In this document: positions 1 to 8,429 of the stretch, piece by piece
Position numbering within the stretch: position 1 is the first letter of the stretch
How the letters are laid out: the number at the start of each line of letters is the position of its first letter
From: a virus
Lineage: Duplodnaviria > Caudoviricetes
Strand: one strand, 5' to 3'
IMG/VR virus record: IMGVR_UViG_3300021256_000074
Coordinates: 1-64,000 of that record
Length of the DNA stretch: 64,000 nt
Position numbers and translations under genes: made by a program
Notes under the pieces: generated by a model
Databases searched by the model: none
Told to the model about the DNA's origin: nothing
The model's input: the letters and a program-made list of their open reading frames with translations, nothing else

Positions 1-1
1 C

Positions 2-49
2 TTAAACATGAATATGAATATGAATTTAAACATGAATATGAATATGAAT
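2..49. repeat. Tandem 24-bp repeat (TTAAACATGAATATGAATATGAAT x2) with internal ATGAAT hexamers
   Basis: Exact duplication at 2-25 and 26-49. Confidence 0.9.
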
Positions 50-87
50 TTTTAATTTATATCATACAATTGTACTTTATATTATAT

Positions 88-642
88 TCAATAATACAAA
101 AAGCCTATGACTAGAAGTCGTAGTATAATATAAAAATAAAAAGAGGGGACAGTCTCATCAGAGACCATCTCCTCTTTTTGTATTTCTATACCATTTAAAT
201 CTGTAAAGCATTCGTGTAAAGGCATATCATGTTTTGTATCTGCAATAATAAACTTGGAACTGATGGCGCGTTCAACCACATCATTTGCATAACCCCAAAA
301 ACGTAACAACTTTTCTTTTTGATGTGGAGATAGCGCCACAGTTCCGTTATAGAATTTATTTATAGGATACGGTACCCAAAAAGAATATACGAAATACGGT
401 TTTTTATTAACCGTCTTAACATACGTTCTTTTTAGATTTTTACACGCCTCTAATCGCAATGCTCTCTGTTGTGAATATTCATTTCGTACACTATCATCAT
501 ATACAAGAAAATACTCACAATCTCCAGTTGGATTATCTGGATCAGATGTATAGCTGTCAATAAAACCAGAAGCTTTTGTTAAATCTCCTGGAGTTATTGT
601 GTCAACTATAAACGGTATAATTAGTTTTTCGAATGTGCTCAT
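88..642 (-). CDS. Hypothetical protein (last gene of the replication operon)
   Basis: 184-aa ORF overlapping the stop of the upstream nuclease gene; its 3' end runs through a terminator hairpin. Confidence 0.75.
   Translation of the reverse strand: MSTFEKLIIPFIVDTITPGDLTKASGFIDSYTSDPDNPTGDCEYFLVYDDSVRNEYSQQRALRLEACKNLKRTYVKTVNKKPYFVYSFWVPYPINKFYNGTVALSPHQKEKLLRFWGYANDVVERAISSKFIIADTKHDMPLHECFTDLNGIEIQKEEMVSDETVPSFYFYIILRLLVIGFLYY
137..179. terminator. Probable bidirectional intrinsic terminator
   Basis: AAAAAGAGG...CCTCTTTTT hairpin flanked by A and T tracts. Confidence 0.65.
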
Positions 643-1673
643 AGGTTCAATGACTCTGAGCCATCGCCCTCATAATATTCTCTACTATGATCCCACTTGC
701 CTGTAGACTGATGCCAAAATATAGCTCGTAAAGCATCGTGTATAATACTATTGCGAGACTGTATCATATACTCATCAATCTTAAATACGCGAATATCATA
801 ACTACCTGTAGTATCTATACCAATGATATAGAATTCAAAGGTCCATTCATTTGGTTCTTCTTCGAGTTCATATCTAAGATACCACCAAACAGCAGACTCA
901 TAAAAGGCCAACTGTCTAAGGTAATCATACTGGTCAATACTATCCTCAAAATGCCACAACTTTTGTGTAGTTTTAAGGTCGTAGATAGTAGCTTTCTTAT
1001 TCTTAAAATCGAGTGTAAGACCATCTAATAATGATTTACATTCGACTCCAGTAGCCATTTCTATATAGTATGTCCAGTTTATGTGAAATTCGTGATTAGC
1101 ATTCATATCGATTCCGTCTCCGTGAAATCCAGTCAGCGTTGGACCAACTTTATATTCACCGAGAGGCCATATGATGCTGTGTGCAAGCTTGTGAGATTGG
1201 ATGTTATGCTTAATTTTTTCAAGCATTTTAGCATCCCAAGGACTAATCATAATCCTTCTGTCATTTGTTTTCAAGAATTCTATGTAATCCTTCATCGTAG
1301 AGGCTATTTTAAGGCCTTCTGACAGCATTTTGTCTTCCGACTTTCCTGTTGTACTATACGCCTTTTTATAAGCGTCCAGAATGGCTCTATTTGGCTCTAT
1401 TTCTGTTGAAAATGCTAATGCCTGACAGAACTCTTGCTGCTGTACAGAAAGAGGTCTACTTTTGTCCCAGACTACATAGTCTTTTTGGAACTCTTCAGGC
1501 TGTAGAATATATTCATGAATCATAGTACCCCGCTCAAGTACTGGGTTCTTTTCTTCAGGAACATCTTCGGTTAGCATCTTATGTAAATAGGCTGGTCCCT
1601 TATTCAGAAACCAGCCTATGTTCGAATTGGATATACGAGTTTTATCCTCGTAGTATGGAATTGTAATATCCAT
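639..1673 (-). CDS. PD-(D/E)XK exonuclease (RecE/exonuclease VIII-like)
   Basis: ISNS N-terminus, GTMIHEYIL, K-x-x-LD...IYDLKTT and Y-x-x-QLAFY motifs. Confidence 0.85.
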   Translation of the reverse strand: MDITIPYYEDKTRISNSNIGWFLNKGPAYLHKMLTEDVPEEKNPVLERGTMIHEYILQPEEFQKDYVVWDKSRPLSVQQQEFCQALAFSTEIEPNRAILDAYKKAYSTTGKSEDKMLSEGLKIASTMKDYIEFLKTNDRRIMISPWDAKMLEKIKHNIQSHKLAHSIIWPLGEYKVGPTLTGFHGDGIDMNANHEFHINWTYYIEMATGVECKSLLDGLTLDFKNKKATIYDLKTTQKLWHFEDSIDQYDYLRQLAFYESAVWWYLRYELEEEPNEWTFEFYIIGIDTTGSYDIRVFKIDEYMIQSRNSIIHDALRAIFWHQSTGKWDHSREYYEGDGSESLNL

Positions 1674-2446
1674 TACTTCTTCTTCTCAATATTCAAGTCT
1701 TCAAGTATAGATTCAAGAGGTTCGTTAGGATTATTCTTCACTTCGTCTCCAAATACTATAACGTTATCGTAAGAGATAACATCAATATTATCAACCAAGA
1801 AAGAAGCTACCTCGATAGCTCGATTCTCATCAAGTATATCACTAAGGATACCTACAACAGCATCTACACCAAGACTCTCAAATGTACGCTTATAACGAAT
1901 ACGAGAACAGCGGTCATTAAGGTACTCGCTCACCTCATCCTCCTCATTACACGTACAGATAACCAGCTTTTTGCAAGTAGGTTTAACTCCATCGAGAAAA
2001 CCGAGCAAATAACTAGTACTCCAATACTTGTCTAGCTCATCAAATATGACACACACATCGATAGTAATACGTGCAAAGAAGTTTTCTACTTCTCCTGCTC
2101 GTACACTCTTATCCACTATTATAATAGGAACATTGGACAGCTTAGCAATATGCTTTGCCATCAAAGTCTTACCGCTACCCTTGATACCAGAAAGCATTAC
2201 ACCTGTGGTAAGCTTATCGGTATTGGCAAACGTATTAACAACCTTGTTGACAAAACGCTTATCCTCACTGCTCTGATAATACTTTTCAGGCATGCTGAAA
2301 TCATCATCTTCTTTCAGATACAACTCGTCCGAAAAGCGGTCACACAAAAGAGAATAAACTTTTCCAGCTATCAATTCGCAGTCCATTCCCTGCGGCTTCG
2401 GTGTGATATGATTGTCGTACTTAATGAAACTGTTAATCTTTTCCAT
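1673..2446 (-). CDS. AAA+ ATPase
   Basis: Walker A GIKGSGKT, Walker B VIFDELD, sensor TCN, R-x-SR. Confidence 0.9.
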   Translation of the reverse strand: MEKINSFIKYDNHITPKPQGMDCELIAGKVYSLLCDRFSDELYLKEDDDFSMPEKYYQSSEDKRFVNKVVNTFANTDKLTTGVMLSGIKGSGKTLMAKHIAKLSNVPIIIVDKSVRAGEVENFFARITIDVCVIFDELDKYWSTSYLLGFLDGVKPTCKKLVICTCNEEDEVSEYLNDRCSRIRYKRTFESLGVDAVVGILSDILDENRAIEVASFLVDNIDVISYDNVIVFGDEVKNNPNEPLESILEDLNIEKKK

Positions 2447-2825
2447 GTTTAATCTGACTTTTTAGTTCTGTAATCATGTTATCTACATCTTTATGATTTC
2501 TCACAAGATATAGCTTTGTTTTTGCGTGATGCTTATGCAAGTAATACTTGAAAAGCTTCCAACGCAAAGGAAAGGAGTCTCCCATAAGGCCTTTACATTC
2601 TACTATAAAACCTCGTCCTATGAAGTCTGGTAGATATGTAATAGGCCTTATTTTCTCTCCTAAGAACTCGAACTTAGGTAGCAGAGTAAAATGCTTTGGC
2701 TCATATTTGACTGGTATCCCAGCCTTCATAAAAGCTTCATACGTATAGAGTTCGAGTTTGCTACGAAAATGTAACCCATACGCATCGACCTTCGTCGCAT
2801 TTTTAACCCTGCCTTTAGATTTCAT
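2433..2825 (-). CDS. PD-(D/E)XK endonuclease (DUF1064 / T7 endonuclease I-like, possible resolvase)
   Basis: FRSKLE...YLPDF...VECKG motifs. Confidence 0.8.
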   Translation of the reverse strand: MKSKGRVKNATKVDAYGLHFRSKLELYTYEAFMKAGIPVKYEPKHFTLLPKFEFLGEKIRPITYLPDFIGRGFIVECKGLMGDSFPLRWKLFKYYLHKHHAKTKLYLVRNHKDVDNMITELKSQIKHGKD

Positions 2826-2967
2826 TCCGTTGTTTTAACAACAGCAGAACAGGCTCGTATTCTTCCTCAAATGCTTTAATATCTGCAAGCAACCTGTAAT
2901 ACATACAAAGACCTCCAGTTATTGCACCGAGTAAGAACGTAAATAAAAAATCTAAGAATTCACACAT
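2815..2967 (-). CDS. Small membrane protein (50 aa, below ORF-track cutoff)
   Basis: MCEFLDFLFTFLLGAITGGLCMYY...; fills the gap and overlaps both neighbours. Confidence 0.6.
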   Translation of the reverse strand: MCEFLDFLFTFLLGAITGGLCMYYRLLADIKAFEEEYEPVLLLLKQRNEI

Positions 2968-3937
2968 ATCTTTCAACTGTTTTAGTTAACCAATCCTTTA
3001 CAGCAAAGAACCCGTTATCACGAACAGCATCGGATATGTCCTTTGCCTTAAATCTCTTATGAACAAATATAGCATCGAAGCCATACTGTTTACTATACTG
3101 TCGAGCAGTTTTCATTCCTGTTTTATCTCTGTCGTATAGTATAACAATATGCTTCCACCTTTCTTTCAATTGCTCTAGTATATCGTCTGGTATAAACGTA
3201 GTTTCACTAGAAGCAGCGATAGCACTAAATCCCATCTCATAAAGACACATCACATCTTTTAAAGATTTTGTGATGATAAGGAGATTACCACCCTCTTGTG
3301 GCAACTCGGCTAGCCCCTGAACGTGCCGATTTGTCAGATTGGTACGCCATTTAGTATACTTTGAGGCTAAAGGTCTATAAATCTTAAACCCGTCAAAGAC
3401 CTTATAGGCATACATAGGACTATCTTCTTTGTAGGTTCCTCTGACGACTCTATTACAAAGAAAGTATTTAATGCTAAACACATTGAATTTCTTCAACGTA
3501 GTTGTCGAAATATGAAACTTATTCCAATACTGTACATCTACATTTGTAAACGGTTGACGTACAATACCGATATCAGTTTCATACAAAACCCCGGGTCGAG
3601 TATACGTATTCTTACGTTTCTCTTGATTTGGGTTTGTCTTACGGACTATCCTCAGAAGTTCTTTTTCAAGCTCTTCACGAGTGTTTATATGACAATAAAG
3701 CTTAATAAACTTTAGAGCATTACCGGATTCACCATTTCCATGGTCTTTGAATAACAATCCTCCTGTTTTACCAGGGAATATTGCAAACGATGGTATCTTA
3801 TCATCTGTTCGCAACGGACTGTTCATCAGTTTCCCAGGTTTAAATGAACCCAGGTAATAAGAATAGATGCTATAATCGTCTACTTTATCCAACAAGTCTC
3901 TGAGACTCATTGTAATAGCAGTTTTTGTACTATACAT
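2960..3937 (-). CDS. DnaG-like DNA primase (TOPRIM)
   Basis: SPLR-x-D-x-x-PSF...FKDHG N-terminal domain; IITKSLKD and LYDRD TOPRIM motifs; KDISD. Confidence 0.88.
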   Translation of the reverse strand: MYSTKTAITMSLRDLLDKVDDYSIYSYYLGSFKPGKLMNSPLRTDDKIPSFAIFPGKTGGLLFKDHGNGESGNALKFIKLYCHINTREELEKELLRIVRKTNPNQEKRKNTYTRPGVLYETDIGIVRQPFTNVDVQYWNKFHISTTTLKKFNVFSIKYFLCNRVVRGTYKEDSPMYAYKVFDGFKIYRPLASKYTKWRTNLTNRHVQGLAELPQEGGNLLIITKSLKDVMCLYEMGFSAIAASSETTFIPDDILEQLKERWKHIVILYDRDKTGMKTARQYSKQYGFDAIFVHKRFKAKDISDAVRDNGFFAVKDWLTKTVERYV

Positions 3938-3957
3938 GGCTTATAGCTCTATTGTAT

Positions 3958-4037
3958 TGGGTGCCAGATGAGATTCGAACTCACATTTCTGTACAATATT
4001 AATTATGTACAGACGTTACCATTACCTTACTGACTCC
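3958..4037 (-). tRNA. Atypical tRNA-like element with a long AT-rich anticodon arm
   Basis: T arm GTGAG-TTCGAAT-CTCAT; acceptor GGAGTCAG/CTGGCACC with one mismatch; stem TCTGTACA/TGTACAGA. Confidence 0.55.
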
Positions 4038-4039
4038 GT

Positions 4040-4363
4040 TTATTGAAAATATGGAAACAACTGCTCCGGATCTTTAAAGTCTTTTAAAAGATACGGGGAT
4101 ACGTAATATTTCCCTATTTTGTAATCTGCATATTTTACTGTTTTCTTCTGCAGATATACCTTTGTGTTTTTATCTGTTACTGGTACAAGCCACCAGTAAT
4201 ATATATCCAAGTTATCTGTCGGCTTATTGCCGAACTTAGATACTAACTTTGGAACAATGTGCTCCTTTTCGAATTCAACATAATCTCCACGTTCACCGTG
4301 TACAATTCGGTTATATCCTGTAGCAAACAGTGTTCCGTTTTTAAGAAATATATTTTCTTTCAT
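4040..4363 (-). CDS. Hypothetical protein
   Basis: 107-aa ORF with ATG and A-rich leader. Confidence 0.75.
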   Translation of the reverse strand: MKENIFLKNGTLFATGYNRIVHGERGDYVEFEKEHIVPKLVSKFGNKPTDNLDIYYWWLVPVTDKNTKVYLQKKTVKYADYKIGKYYVSPYLLKDFKDPEQLFPYFQ

Positions 4364-4465
4364 AATTGTAGTATAGTGAGGACTCGAACCTCATGTATTG
4401 CTCAAACTGCATTTCGATAAAAGTTTTTAATTCAAAACGTTTCATGGCTTATAGCTCTATTGTTT

Positions 4466-4553
4466 TTGTGGAGTATATCGGGGTCGAACCGACTAGAATG
4501 CATTCGGCTGCTACACGGCAAGATAACTTGTCTCCTTAGTGCGCGCACACTCC
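4466..4553 (-). tRNA. Atypical tRNA-like element
   Basis: Acceptor GGAGTGT/ATACTCC-A; T arm GTCGG-TTCGACC-CCGAT; non-canonical interior. Confidence 0.55.
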
Positions 4554-4620
4554 ATAGTCTGCTATCCTCCTCGCAAGTTCATTACATTCTCGTATACCAT
4601 CTTTTTATACATACCCCAAT

Positions 4621-4686
4621 TTGTAGTGTGAAGGGGACTCGAACCCCTTTGTCCAACTGTTCTAAAGCTGGTTACCATGCACACCA
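4621..4686 (-). tRNA. D-armless tRNA-like element, 7-nt loop TTAGAAC (AGA, Ser-type)
   Basis: Acceptor TGGTGTG/CACACTA; T arm AGGGG-TTCGAGT-CCCCT; stem CCAGCT/AGTTGG; 8-nt linker replaces the D arm. Confidence 0.6.
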
Positions 4687-5016
4687 AAGCTGATTTAGAC
4701 ACAAAGACAAATCTACTTTTGTAGACATCTCTGTGCTTGTACACCCACCAAATCAACTTTTACCACTGACCTTTTATAAGTTTGTTTCTCACACAAAATC
4801 CATCATCGGGTAGCAGGCCATTTCAACCTGCACGTGTCTCATTATTCCGTTCACACAACTTGTGTTTCAAAGCCTACGTTTCTCTTTCGCCACACCCTAG
4901 GATACTTCTTATTGGTTGTCAGCACCACTGACCATTATCTTTCTGTGACACACTTTAATTTATTGCAATATCGCGCAGTTCGTCTCTGCGCCAGTCACCT
5001 CTTAAAACCTGTTAGG

Positions 5017-5616
5017 TTAGAAAGGCAGGTCATCAGCACCTGTTGGAGTCTCAGTTACCGGAGTAGCTGTGCTAAGCGGATCATCCTCCCTATCTGGCTG
5101 GATGGGGCGCTCAAGAAGATCGTTCTTCCAAAGCTTAATCTGAGACTCTTCTACATTCATAGGTTCAACAAAGATACCAAGAGAGCTAACTTTCGTATAA
5201 CCCTTCTTGTCATAAACAACCTTAAGACGCATACCCTGACGCATATTTGCAGGATTAGTAGCTGGTTCAAGCTGAGCTTTTACCCAATTAATCATCTCTA
5301 CAAACGAATTGCCTTCAAAGTCTGTATGCGAACCATTTGCAGCATCTATAACCTGTAGAATACGACCGAACTGCTGATTATCCCGTTGCTGCAGATCTTC
5401 ATCTGTCTTAATCCACATATTCTTCTCGTTCTTCCATTCAGTCATAGTTGCCGTCTGGCCTTCTGCGTTCTCAAATACAATCTCAAGGAAATCCCGACCC
5501 TGAGAAGTCTTGTTTACATTAACCTCTTTCAAGGTTACATTTTCGTTAATACCTACGGGCATATAGGAGCTATTAAACTCCTGATTGTTTGTTGTTGCTG
5601 TTTTTGTACTATACAT
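5017..5616 (-). CDS. Probable single-stranded DNA-binding protein
   Basis: Acidic C-terminal DDLPF tail; adjacent to Sak4-like ATPase. Confidence 0.7.
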   Translation of the reverse strand: MYSTKTATTNNQEFNSSYMPVGINENVTLKEVNVNKTSQGRDFLEIVFENAEGQTATMTEWKNEKNMWIKTDEDLQQRDNQQFGRILQVIDAANGSHTDFEGNSFVEMINWVKAQLEPATNPANMRQGMRLKVVYDKKGYTKVSSLGIFVEPMNVEESQIKLWKNDLLERPIQPDREDDPLSTATPVTETPTGADDLPF

Positions 5617-5643
5617 AATTTTCCTTCTGACTTATAGTTCTTA

Positions 5644-6378
5644 TTAGGATAAATAAACACGGTCCCAGTGTGTGGTCAAAACATTGTCATTCATTTCTGA
5701 AATAACAATATCTTTATTGCGCAAATGTTCTGGTCTACATCCTTTGGAAACATCATCTCCTCCGACAAATGAAATATGCACTTCATTGCCTTTTCGATAC
5801 ATATATCCAAGACCATCACACTTACGACACACCATATCTGATAGTTTACCTACCAGATCCAGAGATCGTTCACTCTTTTCTACACCGTCTATTTCAACAG
5901 TCTTATCCTTTGCGTGTCCAAGTAATATAAACTCGTCGCAAAGTTCTTTAAACATGTCTATCACCTTCAATACTGCTTGTCGCAAGTATCCCCAGCCTGC
6001 ACCCTGTGGAAGAGTTCGAACATCTGTTCCTGTCCAATTCTTACCCATAGGTTGCTGACGATATAGAGTTGCAGCATAACTCAGACAGATTTCCTCCAAG
6101 TCTGTTGCATTGTCTATAGTGATGTGCTTATAAAAATTATGTCCTACTTCTGCATTTTTAGCTCGAATGGCTTGTGCAATTTCACCTAAATCATTAATGG
6201 TTCGTGCTTGTATTGACATTGCATCAATAAAGGTTGAACCGTTTTCAAGGTCTATTATTAGATTATTTTCCAGTTGGGCTAACGCCGATGTCTTTCCCGT
6301 TTTCTCTTTTCCAAACAGCACGAGAAACTTAGGATTAGTAGACACAGCTGGAATTGGTTGTGTAGGTAGTGTTATCAT
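5644..6378 (-). CDS. Sak4-like / AAA_24 ATPase (ssDNA annealing)
   Basis: LFGKEKTGKT, IIDLE-x-G, ITID, GAGWG, LLGH motifs. Confidence 0.85.
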   Translation of the reverse strand: MITLPTQPIPAVSTNPKFLVLFGKEKTGKTSALAQLENNLIIDLENGSTFIDAMSIQARTINDLGEIAQAIRAKNAEVGHNFYKHITIDNATDLEEICLSYAATLYRQQPMGKNWTGTDVRTLPQGAGWGYLRQAVLKVIDMFKELCDEFILLGHAKDKTVEIDGVEKSERSLDLVGKLSDMVCRKCDGLGYMYRKGNEVHISFVGGDDVSKGCRPEHLRNKDIVISEMNDNVLTTHWDRVYLS

Positions 6379-6402
6379 GTGACTTATAGTTCTTATGATT
6401 AA

Positions 6403-6885
6403 TTAAAGAATGTTAATCTTAATATTGTCAATACCGCCGGTAAAGATATTAATAATAGCACTCTTCTTTGTGGTGGCAAGATCGTTCAAGAACGTAATGT
6501 TCTCGAAATCCGAATACTTATACGTATCGAAGCCGATCTGAATTTCATCATCGTAGAAGATGACGCGAGTACCATCACTAAGCGTATACATCTTGCCAAT
6601 AATAAAAGGAATCTTGTACAGACTCTTGTTCTTCTTATAGTTAGCAAGAAACTTAGTAGCCTTGATGAACGAATCATCAGCCTTCAGATGGCTACCAGTA
6701 ATAATAATCGGCTCATCACCGATATACGAAGTATTAATACTCTTGAACAGATACTTGTTCTTGTCCACTATATCAGCAGTAATAATGTTATCCAGCATCT
6801 CAGAATAGTTTGTGCAGGGATTACTGTTGAGAAAAAACTTACTAGTGTTAGTATTGTTGCTCGTGAATGAATAAGTCTTCGTCAT
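6403..6885 (-). CDS. Hypothetical protein
   Basis: 160-aa ORF in operon. Confidence 0.75.
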   Translation of the reverse strand: MTKTYSFTSNNTNTSKFFLNSNPCTNYSEMLDNIITADIVDKNKYLFKSINTSYIGDEPIIITGSHLKADDSFIKATKFLANYKKNKSLYKIPFIIGKMYTLSDGTRVIFYDDEIQIGFDTYKYSDFENITFLNDLATTKKSAIINIFTGGIDNIKINIL

Positions 6886-6929
6886 AATTTCAGCCTAATT
6901 TTATGGTTAATACTACAGCAGACGTAACA

Positions 6930-7853
6930 TTAACTTTCGATCAGATTGTTGTACATCAAGTCGTTCTCGAATTCAAGTATGCAGGGCTTTCCTGCGTCTC
7001 GATTTTTCAGTATATGAATATATACCTTGTTTTGTGTAGGTAAACGGTTAGGACCATATTCTTGAATGTTCAATATCTCTGGTCGATGCAGTACAAGCAC
7101 ATAGTCGCTTGCCTGAAATATCGCATCTGCCGATGAAATATCACTTCTCATCGGGTAGTGACTCGATGGGTTGTTTATCCTTTCAGGAGCTTCGATATTT
7201 CTATTCATCTGAGCAATTTGTATAATGGAAGTCAAAGGGAACTTTTTAACCTGTATAAATACACGTTCAAGCTCGCTTATCGTTTCGATTACAGACCCGA
7301 TTTGCTTAGTTAATAAAGCATGGTCATAAATAACTACAAAATGCTTGTTCGTACCTTTTACGTACTTTGCATAGAAATCTCGTATTGTTTGTTCTACTTG
7401 CATGGGAGTTCCTGGCGAATCTACAAAATAGATAGGATACTCCTTTAGCTGATTAGATACACAGACGACTTTTCTGAAGGTCTCGTCGTCCAGGTCCGTT
7501 TCCGAACTATACAAAGCAGAAGTCGTTCTTCTTAGCTTATTTGAGAGCGTTCTTCCGACTTGCCTAAATCCAACCATCTCTAACGAGAATGATAAAACTA
7601 CAACCTCCTCTTCAGGATTAAGATCAATCAAATCAGTTTGGATTAAGTTAGCAAATGAACTTTTTCCGCTTCCAGAAATGCCAGCTATGGTATAAACGGT
7701 ATTGGGTTCAATACCTCCCATACACTGCTTATTGAACTTTACCCATCTAGTTTTCAAGGACACAATGTTGTGCTCTCGTCTACCCGCTATATACGCAATT
7801 GCCTCTTGGGCAACTTCTCGCATTGAGCGGACATTAGATAAGTTCTGTTCCAT
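6930..7853 (-). CDS. DnaB-like replicative helicase (C-terminal domain)
   Basis: AGISGSGKS, FSLEM, VIYDH, AQMNR, ILKNRD SF4 motifs. Confidence 0.92.
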   Translation of the reverse strand: MEQNLSNVRSMREVAQEAIAYIAGRREHNIVSLKTRWVKFNKQCMGGIEPNTVYTIAGISGSGKSSFANLIQTDLIDLNPEEEVVVLSFSLEMVGFRQVGRTLSNKLRRTTSALYSSETDLDDETFRKVVCVSNQLKEYPIYFVDSPGTPMQVEQTIRDFYAKYVKGTNKHFVVIYDHALLTKQIGSVIETISELERVFIQVKKFPLTSIIQIAQMNRNIEAPERINNPSSHYPMRSDISSADAIFQASDYVLVLHRPEILNIQEYGPNRLPTQNKVYIHILKNRDAGKPCILEFENDLMYNNLIES

Positions 7854-8400
7854 AAGATTGACTGGCTAATTGCTCTGTGTCTTGCATTTCTTCCTCAGAT
7901 ACTTCCCATTGGTTCCGGCTGAGCCAGTTCCACATCGTCATCATATAGCTTATCTTTCCTTCTCTCATCTTTTTATCGATTTCAAATTTAAGACAATCTA
8001 TTATATGCTCTGCCATAGCAGAACTCCGTCCAACTTTTGCATTGAACAGATGACGACACTTATTTACATTTGCTCGCAGATAACATTTTGAGCCATCTGG
8101 GCGCAATACGTAAACTGGGTACATATCATAGAACAAATCAAAGTAGGATTTATCCGTAGACAAACTACTTTCTAGCTGACTTGTTGCTACATATGTAATT
8201 GAATTCCCTCTCTCGATCGAGGTAATAAGTCCCTGATTAACTAAGTACTGTATTTCGTCGTCGCTGATTAGGCTGACAATCTTGCGGACGTCTTGATATT
8301 TTGGTTGATTCTTATCCAATACAATACTTAGGAAGAGTAACTGATTTGAATTGATTTCTGGAAATACATCCAGAAGTTTTGTGTTTACTTCAATAATCAT
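7834..8400 (-). CDS. Putative replication initiator / helicase-loader-type protein
   Basis: FDLFYDMYP and M-x-NWL motifs; lies between PolB and DnaB. Confidence 0.5.
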   Translation of the reverse strand: MIIEVNTKLLDVFPEINSNQLLFLSIVLDKNQPKYQDVRKIVSLISDDEIQYLVNQGLITSIERGNSITYVATSQLESSLSTDKSYFDLFYDMYPVYVLRPDGSKCYLRANVNKCRHLFNAKVGRSSAMAEHIIDCLKFEIDKKMREGKISYMMTMWNWLSRNQWEVSEEEMQDTEQLASQSYGTELI

Positions 8401-8429
8401 CTCACTGACTCTTGGTTCTCAAGTGGTTA

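Noticed and set aside
3980-4003. Ochre (TTA) suppressor reading of the 3958-4037 element
   Set aside because: Loop is non-canonical and TAA is the main stop codon in both arms
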